Assembly: GCA_023231475.1 (NCBI GenBank)
Contig: JALJEE010002697.1
Span: 1-64,000 of the forward strand
Reading direction: 5' to 3'
Origin: Seison nebaliae
Lineage: Eukaryota
Length of the DNA: 64,000 bases
How positions within the stretch are numbered: position 1 is the first letter of the stretch; every line of letters starts with the position of its first letter. The translations under genes were made by a program, and so were the position numbers. Under the pieces are notes generated by a model that saw only the letters and a list, made by a program, of their open reading frames with translations, ran no database searches and was not told the DNA's origin. Positions 40,401 through 52,596 of the stretch are shown here, one piece after another.

Positions 40401-42784
40401 CGTTATATGAATCTTTTTCATTCTCATTATCTTTCATTGATATCTCATCATCACTCTCTACACAATTCTTATTTTTCGGCGGTTTATTCTTTACTTTCAA
40501 TTTGGATTTTGATTTCTTCTCCGAATCAGCATGATTTTCCATCATTAATGTGGTATCGGCAAGATCATCAGATGATATCTCTTGATCATATCGTTGTTTC
40601 TTCACATTTCTCGTACTTCTTCTTTTCTCCACATAATTTATGTCAATAGCATGAAATTTCTCGATACTTTTACTCCCTTTCAATCCCAACATCGTATCAT
40701 CGTCATTCTCATCGTCATCGTCCGAATTATCATTTCGTCGACGTTTTTGCGATTTAGCGAATGATGCCAAACTCTTTTTTTTCACTTTCTTCTTCGATTG
40801 AGTTCCGAAAGTTTTCTTCTCTTTCGGAATCTGATAAGAATCACCTGAATCAATCGAAATTTGAGAATGTGGACTCGCTAAACTTCTTTCTTCATTCTTC
40901 TTTTTCGATTTGGATGATTTGGATGATTTAACTAATGATTTACTACCTCTCGATTTCTTATGATCAACAATTGATGATGGTTTCGATTTTTTCGGTGTTT
41001 CCGTATAATTCACTGATGGCATAATAGGGGATTGTAATAAACTACCATTCATCATTTGAGGCGGTTGAGGACGTAACGGACGTTGCATGTACATCATATT
41101 ATTTGGAAGATGCATCATCTGTCCACCGGATGGTATCGTACCGTTAATTGATGGTAATGATGGACGAGTTGATGATGTGGTAGTTGAGGGGAAATAAGAC
41201 ATTCTCTGATCGAACATTCCATGATTACCATTTTGAGCTTGGATGAATTGCATCATTCGATAATTGGGATGCATATGATGCATCTTCGCCATATTGGGAG
41301 GAATTTGTTGTGAGGATGATGGTTGTTGTTGTTGTTGTGGTGGTGGTTGTGGGAACATTTTACCATTCATAAATCCAACACCCCCTATTGTTGGTGGAAC
41401 GAATGGTGGTGATGATGATGGAACGGTAATGGAAACTTTCGATAAAACATTATTAAGGACATCAAACACTTCACGTAAAATTTGAGCATCTTCTGGTACT
41501 TGGGAAATTTCGGCACAAACCTGATTTATGACCGACGACGCTTTCATACGTTGCGCCAACAACATTTGTTGCTGCTGAATATATTGAGAATGTTTCAAAT
41601 CGACTGTGGGTGGAGGATCGTTGTCTTCCGAATCAGAAATTGCGTCATAATCTGGTTTTACTAATCGTTTCTCGTCAGCTGTTGACGAAAACTTCCTCAA
41701 TGTTTGAGATTTTGTCATAGATATGGTGGAACTAGGAGAGACGGGCGAGAGAGATTCTTGGAAAGAATCGCCTTTACTCGCCGATTCTTGTCGAGTGGAT
41801 GATAATTGGAAATGTGTTTGAGATTGTTGTTGATGTTGTGATTGTGATGTTGATGCAGTTTTAGAATAATATTCATAATCGTTCGTTTGACTACTATTGT
41901 CCAATTCGTCAGATGTCAATTTTCGTTGAGATCTTGGAGAGGAGACATTAGATGCAACATGTGATTGATGCTGATAATGTGGAGAATGAAGTGACGATTG
42001 ATGATTGGCTTGAGAGACGGAAGATGTTGATTGTGTTCGTTCATTAATAGGAGGAGGTCTATTTGGGTATTGTGGAAAGAATTGAGTATTAGGAATTATT
42101 TGACCACTTGGAGTTCGAATATATGGTGGAACACCTGATGGTGGAATCATCATTTGAGGATGATTACCAGTTGACATTCCATAAGCACCTCGATATTGCA
42201 TCATAAATTGCATCATCTGTTGTGGCATCATTGGACGTCCACCTTTCTGCATCATCATCATCTGTTGTTGTTGTTGTTGTTGTTGGAGAGCTTGTTGGTG
42301 GAATGGTGTTGATCCAACGGTTGGTGATGGATGTGATTGATTTGGTAATTGATGTGATTTCGATGATAACATATTTTTGTCATCCGTCTCAACACTAATT
42401 TGACCATTTGTTAATATTTCACTAGTTTGTTGTGGCTGAGGTTCGGATTTTACTTCATCATTCTTACTCTTCCTCTTCTTCGTCTCTTTCTTTTTTCGAA
42501 CTGTCGATTTTTTCGGTTTAGTTTCCTCAGTTTTATTCACGTTGTCCGTCGACGGTTGTTTCTTTGTTTTCTTCGAACGAGAACGTTTCTTTGGCTGAAC
42601 TTCATTTGGTGGTGTATCGGCAACTTTATTCATCTTCGACTCATTCTCCAATTTGATGTTAACTGGATTAATCGTTACCGAATCCATTGACTCCATTTTG
42701 ATGTCGTCCGATTTCATCTCAATTTTTATTCCATTATTCGCCTCATTCGTCGTCTCCAATTGTTGTTGTTGTTGTTGTTGATGG

Positions 42785-42815
<31 letters not shown>

Positions 42816-43039
42816 GCTGATGGAGTTGTTGTTGTTGGAGCATCTGAGATTGAAATTGTTGTTGGAACGCTACAGTCTGTTGTTGTTGTTGTAATTGAGA
42901 TTTATTTTGTTGTATCATCCCCTGATGATTAGGAGTAGTTTGTGTATTATGTAATTGATTTGATGGTGGTGATTGTACTCCACTTGATACTCTTTGACGT
43001 TGCATTTGTTGTTTCTGCATCTCTTGCATCGCCTGCAAC

Positions 43040-43075
<36 letters not shown>

Positions 43076-46047
43076 AAGATTATCATTTTTTGTTGTTCGG
43101 GTGGAAGGTTATTGTTATTAGGTGATAAATTATTCGACTGTTTCATCTCATTATCAGATGGTATTGCTTTCTTCATTTGTTGCATTTGTTGTTGTTGGAA
43201 TAACATCTGTTGTTGACGCAATTGTTGTTGTTGTTGGTCAGTGATGGATGAAATATTAGAATTAGATGGTAAACGATTATTATTAGAAGTTGAAGAGGAA
43301 ATCGAAATCGTTTCCGATTGGTCGTTATTTTGAACAGTGGAATTATTTGGAATAAAATTCTTCTGATTCGTATTCATCATGTTAATATTATTCTTATTAT
43401 TTCCATTATCATTTCCAGTTCCATTGTTGTTGGTGTTGCTGTTGTTGTTAGAATTGGAATTGGCTTGATTCAATGTGACAACTTTACGTTGACAATAGTG
43501 CTGATACCAACTGTGAGAGAACATGGAATATTTCTGAGTGAAATCACTTTTCATTCGTTCAATCTGTTCCGACAACATCTTCCTTTGTTGATCATTCAAT
43601 TGAGATGAATTAATTTGATCACATTTCGTCTTTATTTGCTGTTCCATTTGAACTAACAAAACCGGCTTCTCCTGATATGCGAGACGTTGTAATTCATTGG
43701 TGAAAGGATATAATCTCATCACTTGATCAATCGTATAATAAGAAGGAACGCCAGATACATTATTTATCGGCTGAGCAGCTGATGACGATTTCGTAACATT
43801 ATTGTTCGAATTATTCGAATTACTCGTAATGGAATTATTAGAAGTATTCAATGAGTTACTCTCATTCGCTCCAACACTACCGCTATTCACATTGATATTG
43901 TTATTGTTATTATTTGATGGTCCGTTATTATTACTCATCAACGAATTGGTCGATGATGTTCTTTGTTGTTGTTGTTGTTGTTGTTGTTGATGAGAAGGAA
44001 TGATATTATTGTCCGAATTTTGAAATTGTTGCAATCTGGATTGATGTGAATAATTTTGTTGTCCTTGTGATTGTTGTGAAAGGAAATTATTCATTGGCAT
44101 CGGCGAATTACCAGATATTTGTTGCGGTTGTTGTTGTTGTTGTGCTGCTGGTGGTGGTACTTGTCCTTGATTTTTCATTTGGAGTAATCTCTGTTGTTGT
44201 TGCATCAACAACTGATGATGTTGTTGTTGTTGTTGTATAGATAATTGTTGAATATTCGGCTGTAAATTTTGTTGTGGATTATTCTGTTGAGGATTATTTT
44301 GCTGTTGATGTTGTTGTTGTTGTTGTTGTTGAGTTATTAACATTGATTGCGATGAAACCACATTGGATGGTTGTGAATTATTAGAAGAAGGATTTGCTAC
44401 ATTCATCGAATGATAATAATTTAAATTATTCGTATTCCAATGTTGTTGTTGTGGTGGTTGTTGATTGAAAAATTGTTGTTGTTTCATCGTATCATTCGTG
44501 GAAGTTTTTGGAGATTGTTCGTTTGGTTTATTCATCATTGGCGAAGCGGTTACTCCTGGCATATGAGAATGAGGTGTAGCTACCGGTGTTGCACAGGATG
44601 ACGTACGACTTTCTCTTCTATGATTATCCTGTGTCTGTTTCATCATTGCAGCATTAGATGATGGGGAAGATGTTGAAGTTGCTCCATCTCCATTAGGAGT
44701 ATTCACAGACGGAATTTTATTCACCGTATTATTGTTATTGTTGTTGTTCTTATGTTGGAACGGTAAGGAACCGGTGGCCGTCGGATATTGATTAGTGGAA
44801 TTATGATTCAACTGTTGTGTCATTGATTGTTGTTGAAGTGATTGTAAATTCTGTACATTCTCTCCCGACAATTTCATACCACTTCCATTCTCATCCTGAC
44901 GTGTTTGATCGTATTTCGGAGGAGATTTCATATTATTCTGATTATTCATCATCGCCATCTGTTGTTGTTGTTGTTGGAAATACATTTGTTGATATTTATT
45001 TCCATTAAACATCAAATTATTCGGATTCACCGTATTATTATTATTATTATTCACATCATTATTGTTGTTGTTGTTGTTTATACAACCATTAGAATTATTA
45101 TTATTATGATTGTTGTTATTATTATTATTTGGGATATGATTAGGTTGTGAAGATGTTAAAGAATTATTATGTTGTGGCCATCGTTGTTGAAAATTGGGAT
45201 GACAAACATTAGAATGTTGTGAAAGTTGTTGTTGTTGTTGTTGATGTGACATCGATGACATGGCATTTGATGGATTGTTTAGCATTTGAGTGTAATTTGT
45301 AGATGGATTCAAATTATTATTAACATTTGGCGACTTACAATTCACCATATTCATTTCAGTTGATGATTGTGGCTGACTAATTTCCTCACTCTTCTCATTC
45401 GATTTCTGACCATCATTACTTGGTGATGCCGTCGTGGGAGATGTGGTAATAGTCGACGAAACATTATGGTTCATAATTCCATTATTTCCCGAATTGGTGT
45501 TCGTTGCTAAAGACGACGATATTTGTGATGAGGTGGAATAAGTCAAATCTTGATTATTCACCTGATTCATTGAACTGCTACACAACGATATGGTTGTCGT
45601 CGTTATCGTATTTGTCATTAATGTTGTTGATGATGTTGGATAAGCACCGGATGACACGAATGGTCTTGTCATTTGATATTGTTGTTGTGGATGTTGTTGA
45701 GTTGGTTGTTGTTGTTGTTGTTGAGGATTGGATGGTATCATTCCATAAGGAGATGGTTGTGCACCGCCCATTCCATACAACATATTCGGATTAAATGATG
45801 ATTGCATTGCATTCATCGTATTCATTGGTGGGTATCCTCTCACCGGCATATATTGCATCGGCACATTTCCCATATTAGGTCTCATCGATGAATTCATCAT
45901 CATTAACATCTGCTGCTGCTGTTGCTGCTGCTGTTGTTGTTGTTGTTGCTGCTGTTGGAGTTGCTGCTGTTGTTGTGCAGTGAGCATAGACTGCGATGTA
46001 ACATTAGCAGCTGAAATATTTTGTGGTGGGTGAACATATGGATTCAT
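30568..46047 (-). CDS. CHD7: Class III CHD chromatin remodeller (CHD6-9/Kismet family), 5159 aa in one ORF
   Basis: Tandem chromodomains (EYFVKWKQLSYIHCDW; YYVKWKSLSYDEATWE). SNF2 ATPase ([59 protein letters not shown]). Class-III blocks (KFCEEDIEQIL, IDDPNFWQKWAKKA, LLRFGWGRW). BRK domain near 32335-32430 (IHRASHRTLANNKRPPPAELVNWLKQHPDY). PolyQ/polyN termini. Confidence 0.95.
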
Positions 46048-49000
46048 GATTCAATTTTTTCAAATATTTATTCTTTTCTTCTTCTTAACGAAATTCAGTT
46101 CAACTGATTCTCAACTTTTCTTAACAATGAGATAAATCGATATTCGTCTCGTTCGTTCAAATCGATATGCTTTCGTCCATTCACATTCAATTCACATCTT
46201 TCCTTTAGGAAAGAAACGAATTTTTCATTCTTTCAATTTCTCTATTATTTTCTTTTTCTTCTACTACTCCCGATCGTTTTTTTGTAATTTGTCTCGATCA
46301 CTGTAATTTCTTATCGTACAAATTATTACATTTACAAACACATCACCTCAATCGTTCGGTGTTTTCTCTAAATTGCAGAAAAGAAAGAAAATTATTGACA
46401 AAACTTTTTCAACAAATTTCCCCTTTCATTCATCAACTCTCAAATCTCTCAATGCCCACTACACATTCGATCTTCGATCTAGGTGTGTGTATGTATGTAT
46501 GTCCGTTTTTATTTTACTAATCAATCTCTATTCGTACAGAAAAAAAACAAAACGAATTAGTCATCAATTATAATGGAAAAGGAGATCTGCATCTCACATT
46601 GTCATGTTCCTCTTCATTCTCGCCTTCCGTCCCGTAAAAAGAAAACTAATTTTTTTCTTGAAGATCACACAAGAGTATGTAGTAGAATTATTACATGAGA
46701 GTACATGATCGTATACTTCACTTATAAGAATATTATTATTATGAGGAGAATTATTGAAAATGAATATAATTCAATTCAAAAAAAAAATTATTAACAAACA
46801 TCATTCTGATGCACAAAAGACACAGCGCTCTATCTGTATGTACACGAGATGGCTTATACACCAAACACACATATCGTTTCACTCATACACATATGTGATG
46901 AAGGGCGATGATGGTCAAGAAATAATATTATTTATTCTTTATAATTTTTGAAAAGAAGAAATGTTGAATGAGAAAATTCACGACTCCCCCCTACACTCTA
47001 CCGTTGAGAGAAGGGAATAAACAAAGAGAAATTTATAATGTGTATATACACACACAATTACACACACATCTATACACACATAGCACATACATACCTACCA
47101 TCCAACTATATACGTACATATGGATTAGGTCAATGAAATACGTTGATTCAATTGGGAAGATTCGAAAGCAATACTCCCATGTACATGTGTACAACTGTTG
47201 GAATGTGTCGTTCTCTTCCACCTCTCCAATCCCCATTCATTTCATATTTATTCTTTACATAATATTGTTCAATCAACAATTGATTAATTGGACATCCACT
47301 ATGGGAGTCAACTCGAATATGAGAACAACAGATAAATGATTAGAAAGCATTTGTTATGTTATTTCCAGACTAAGAACGACTGAGCTTCTCCCAATTTTCG
47401 TCTTGTTCGATATTCGACCTCTCTCAATCGAAAGTAAAGGAAAAAGAAGAATGAAGCAAAGTGATATTCACGTATAACAATTTTATAAAAAAAATCGTTA
47501 AAATACATACCGTCAATACAGTACCTAAAGAAAACATATACATATATTTGATTCAAGAAAGTAGGGACATATGTTCATATTTAGGCACGTACATAAACTC
47601 AATTATTTTTTGAAGGAGTGTGAAGAAGGATAGAACTGCATATATATTGTGTGCGTGCTTCTTTCTGTCTGTATGTGTGGACAAATATGTAGAGAGCTAC
47701 TTTCCTTTAATTATTACCGCTCATACGTGTCCCTATCAATTTGGTTGTATATAAATTTATTCTCTTTCCATCATAGAAAAATTTAATTTTTTTTCCATTT
47801 ACCAAAATTTTTTTCGATATGAATAAAATAGAATGTGATTGTCCATTCTAGTAATATTTTGGATGTCTCCATTCCACTCCTTACATGTTTCTCGATGTCA
47901 ATTCACCACAACCACCAATAAAGTTTCAAGTGTTGACTTCTCATACGATTCCTCACAAAAATTTCATTATATCATCTAATAATCAAATAACATTTCTTCA
48001 TATGAGAATAATATTCTTCATTCTCTTCAGTTTCAAATCACGATTATTAAGTAGCATCAATGTTTTTGCGGAACATTTCAGAATTTATTGTCTTTCCTGA
48101 AGTGAAATTTGGGCAATGTTTTCACCGTTCCTATTGTTTGAGTGGATCATTCTATTCATGATGACAGGTGCTTGTAGTAGAAGATCTCCAGTCGAATAAT
48201 TTATGTAGAGGAAATTAAGAATGGGTCTTTTCCATGTCGATCATAGAAATTAATGAAAAAGAGAGAATTTTTATTCCAGTGTCGTTAAAACATTTTATTA
48301 TACCTCTTACTTATTTAGGCTTATATGTGACCGACTAGATTAATCGTTGGAAAATGAAACATATCATCGTCAAACGACTAGTCTCGTTTCTCTCGAAAAG
48401 AAATTAACTAAATGTTGTATTTAATCCTATTGAAATTTTATATTATTCTTATCTTATTCGAATTATGTAATAAAATCTATTTATTGTGAATTCCTAAGGA
48501 ATTCTCCTCTCAAATTCTATTGACCATAATTTCATAACAGAAATGTCCATATTTAACGATATTCTGCTATTATGAAAAAAGACGACTAGTACATCATTCC
48601 AATCATTCTACTCCATTTTACATTTGAGTGAATTTGTTCTATAGAAAATAATATCGATTTATATATGGAGAACCAAAGAGAAACACCTAACTAGAATGTT
48701 AACTAAAAATAATCCCATCCATCTCTTTAGTTAAGTAGTTATTGAACAAGGAAGTTGCCCGATAGCGAATTCAACAGTCCATCGAAAAAACATATAAATT
48801 AGATATTTTCCCCAGATATATACATTTTTTTTAGATCAGAATGGAATAGAAGTTGGTAGCGATGAATAACCAGTACATATGGAGAAATAATTAGAGACAA
48901 GTATTTTATTAATTTGATAATTTATTAGTAGTAAAGTAAATTAGTAAAAAAGAATGGATTAGAGAAAAGAAATATTACTTTTATCCACTGCGCTCAATGA

Positions 49001-50649
49001 AATTCCATACAACTACTACAAATTGTGTTAAATACACATTTACACAAGCAACAACAAGTTCGGTATTGGACGATTTAAACTCTAAACGATTTAGGCAAGA
49101 AACAAATAAAAATTTTTTCATTTTCTTCTCCCACCGTACACTCATATATAATTGTAACGAGAAGGATTTATCCATCTCAACAATTATAGAGCATAACTTC
49201 CTCACAAAATAAGTGGCATAAAATCATGCGCTTTCTCTTCTATATAATTTATTTCAATCAGCACAAAAATTTAAATGAAAAATTCAATTCATTCTAAAAA
49301 CGAAAGACATTTGTTGTGATTCATTGCACTTTAAATTAAATTTCAATATAAATCGGGAGACAATTAATAAAATTAAATTTTTTTTCGAATATGATGAAAT
49401 TATTCAAATAATAATTATTATCATAAAATAAATCTGTGAAACGAAAAAAAAAATTTGGTAATTTTGAAATTCAAATATTTAATATATGATTATTAATTGA
49501 ATTAAAATTTTCTAATTCAGAGAAATTGGAGAAAGACTAAAAATTTGAAAATAAAAAATTTGTGAAAAAATTTTAAACTTGCTAAAATTTTTTCAATTTA
49601 ATATTTATTTGTTTCCTCAATCGATATGAGATAGGAATACTAATATATTATGTAATAAAATTTTATTGTGCGTACAAGACAACTTGTACAACTACTTTCC
49701 GAACACATGTAGAAGAAAGGGGAAATTTATTTAAATTTTTGTGCTGAGCAGATATGTACATCAAATGGAACGAATGCTTACGTATTGTATTGACTTCTTG
49801 GAATGATATATAGAGAATTATTATTAATTTGTTATTAGGAGAATTATAAAATGTTCGTTTATTTTCCATTAATTCTTATTACATCACAAAAAGTATAATA
49901 TTTTATTCGATTTATTCCTTCTGTTCCCTCAACAACAGAAGGAGGCGAAGGAGAATATATGCTCTGAAGAAGGAGAAACGTAGAAAAAGGTGTAGCAAAC
50001 GAATCAGGATGTATACATATCATTCAATGTTCATTGATAATATAAGCCAATTTTCCTTGCCAAAAGAATCCTATACCTAAAGTATATTATATGTTAGATG
50101 AATTGTCGTATTTATAAAGAGTATTTTAAATTTTTATTTCGTCTAATTTATTAATAAAATTATGGATTGGAATTAGTGGATATATGGTGGTGGTCCATTC
50201 CATCAATGTATATCATTCCCATCCATTATCATTGACAATGTTCGTTAAATTTGTAGAAGATATAAAAATTAATATCCATGGCCATATAACAACATGGAAT
50301 GAAATCCATGTTAGAAAATAATGTTCTTGAAAAAAGAATTGTCATATAAATATTTATTTTATGAGTCATTCTCTTCCTCGTCTTGTCATCAACAATTTCT
50401 CCGAACTTTTTAGTCTTTTCACTTTGATCAAGTACTGGAACAACAGTTGTATTGTATTGGAAATTTCTCTTCCCAATTCCCTAGAGAACAATGTCTCATG
50501 ATCTCAAATTGATAAATAAAATTTAAAAGATTCGACATAAAATAATTCCACAAAATTTTTATAAACCAACCACTTTTTCATCTATCTACATTATCCCATT
50601 TATTTATAAATAAATAAGAAAGAGAAATATTTGGTGAAAATATAGAATA

Positions 50650-51415
50650 ATGGCAGCAACAGCAGGATTTGATGGTTTGGCTGGTTCGGCCAATCCGATG
50701 TTCGAATATCAATTTCGAATGATATTAATCGGTGATTCGACTGTTGGTAAATCGTCATTGTTACGAAATTTCTGTGAAGGAGTTTCAGCAGAAGGCGAAG
50801 CTGATCCAACTGTCGGAGTAGATTTTTATACGAAACTCATCGAAATTCGACCAAATGTTCGAATCAAACTCCAACTTTGGGATACGGCAGGTCAAGAAAG
50901 ATTTAGGTTTATTTCTATTTTTCATTCTTTATTTTTCAAAATTTTTATTTATTTGTAGAAGTATAACTCGTGCATACTATCGTAATAGTGTTGGTGCATT
51001 ACTTCTATATGATATCGCCCAATTCAGAACATTCGATCATATAACCGATTGGTTGATGGAAGCACGCTCCCAAATTGATATGGAGAGAGCAGTCTTCTTA
51101 TTAGTTGGCTGTAAGAAGGATTTGGAAGGGAAACGAGAAGTGGAAACGATAATAGGTGAAGAATTCTCGAAAATCAACGATATGGATTTCATTGAGACAT
51201 CAGCGAAAACAGGAGAGAATGTAGAACAGGCATTCTTCTCCATTGCTGAGAAGATTTATGATTTGATTCAAACAGACAAATTGAAGATAGAGGAAGGATG
51301 GGATGGAGTGAAACGAGGATATTTTATGCCTACCAATGAACTATCGAATGATAATTTTAATGGTGAAAGCGAATTTTCGGCAGATCCTGATCATAATTCA
51401 TCTTGCTGCTCTTAA
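50650..51415 (+). CDS. RAB39: Rab39 small GTPase; exons 50650-50906 and 50959-51415
   Basis: YQFRMILIGDSTVGKSS, DPTVGVDF, IKLQLWDTAGQERF|RSITRAYYRNSVG, EEGWDGVK, C-terminal CCS prenylation motif. A 52-nt GT-AG intron joins the two ORF-track frames. Confidence 0.95.
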
Positions 51416-51559
51416 TCATTTTTGAAATTTTTTTCGGTTGTTTATTATATTTCAATTTGATTCTCTTTCCATCATCATCAACTTCATCATATTTTAATTT
51501 TCAATATCTCCTTTTTGATCTATTGTAAAGAAAGAATCATTAACAATAATTCTCCTCGT

Positions 51560-51606
51560 ATCACAACAACAATAACAACAAGAACAATAACAACAACAAC
51601 AACAAC
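51560..51606. repeat. Imperfect (ACA)n microsatellite downstream of Rab39
   Basis: acaacaacaataacaacaagaacaataacaacaacaacaacaac seen directly. Confidence 0.8.
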
Positions 51607-52004
51607 TTATATTACATCCATATTCATTCTATTGATAATTGTTTTTTTTTTTCTAAATAAATTTTCCTGAAATATCTGATTAATTTGTTATTTGAAAGAA
51701 AAATTTGAAAAGTTAAAAAATTTCGAATTATCTTCATAATTCATTTCGTTTCGTCAAAACAATTTTTAGAGTTTTTTTCTCAAAAATAAATGAGGAGTAA
51801 TAAATTTCCTTATAATGAATTTCTGAATGATTTTGTAGAATAAAAGGAAAGTGAGAATAGACTGAAATAGCTGCTGTTGTATAATCGTAGTAGTCATATT
51901 TGTGGTAGGAATTCATTTCATTTTACTTTGTCTTTTTCGACTACCTTTGTTTTTGTTTTGGTTAATTGTCGTTGTCCCTCACAGAAACCGAACTGTTTCG
52001 TCTC

Positions 52005-52541
52005 ATGAGTAAGAAGAATAGAAGTAGAGATCATTCGAGACGACCACCTTGTTGTTCATGCTGTCATGATGAATATAAAGAGTTGTCCTTCTTTTCCCAT
52101 TTTAATCTCTTTCTATAATCTAATTGATATGAATAAAGGAAAAGGAAAACATTGCGACGGGAAGGAGCATGTACATGCTGTGGACGGACATCAAGAGATT
52201 TGGAGAAGTTCGTCGGAGAGAAGTTCTCTTTGAAGATCAATTTAAGAAAGTTGAATGATCTTCCCGGATTAAATGGTGAGTCACTTAGATTATTAGATAA
52301 ATTCGGATATGGATCAAGTAAAAAATTATTTGGTGTTTATTTGCTGATGAGGGAGAGGAGAGAAGTTTTCATGAGATGGCTTCGAATTGTGACCGGTAAG
52401 AAGATGAGTGATAGCGAATGCTCATTATTGATCGGTTTCGTCCAAGCGTGGCTTATGAAAAACAGAATTATCGCCCGTCGATTTTCGGTGATCGACACAA
52501 AAACCGAACCACCTACTTCCCGATTGTGGACATGCTATTGA
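52005..52541 (+). CDS. Divergent barrier-to-autointegration factor (BAF)-like protein with a basic, Cys-rich N-terminal extension; exons 52005-52081 and 52139-52541
   Basis: TSRDLEKFVGE...LNDLPGLNGESLRLLDKFGYGSSKKLFGVYLLMRERREVFMRWLR...LIGFVQAW aligns by eye with BAF (TSQKHRDFVAE...[42 protein letters not shown]...CLREW). A 57-nt phase-2 intron restores the frame to the ATG at 52005. Confidence 0.75.
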
Positions 52542-52596
52542 ACATTAGATGAACATCAGTTCGATTTCTTTAAAGAAAAAATAAAATTTTGAAAAA

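Noticed and set aside
31133..45794. Many plus-strand ORFs (poly-C/V/L/Y-rich) overlapping CHD7, and similar ones over the other long genes
   Set aside because: These are antisense shadows of codon-biased and trinucleotide-repeat coding sequence, with no independent motifs.
47836..47860. TGATTGTCCATTC resembling the 5' part of miR-219
   Set aside because: The match is limited to about 13 nt and only a short local hairpin forms; there is no pre-miRNA-length stem.
46373..49869. Short ORFs between CHD7 and Rab39 (also 4.7-7 kb, 12.6-15.8 kb and 21-25.5 kb)
   Set aside because: They have the F/I/L/K-rich composition typical of AT-rich non-coding DNA. I found no recognisable domains, tRNAs or snRNAs by eye.
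49915..49944. Hairpin CCTTCTGTT/AACAGAAGG as an ncRNA or terminator
   Set aside because: An isolated 9-bp stem with no other supporting features; plausible by chance.
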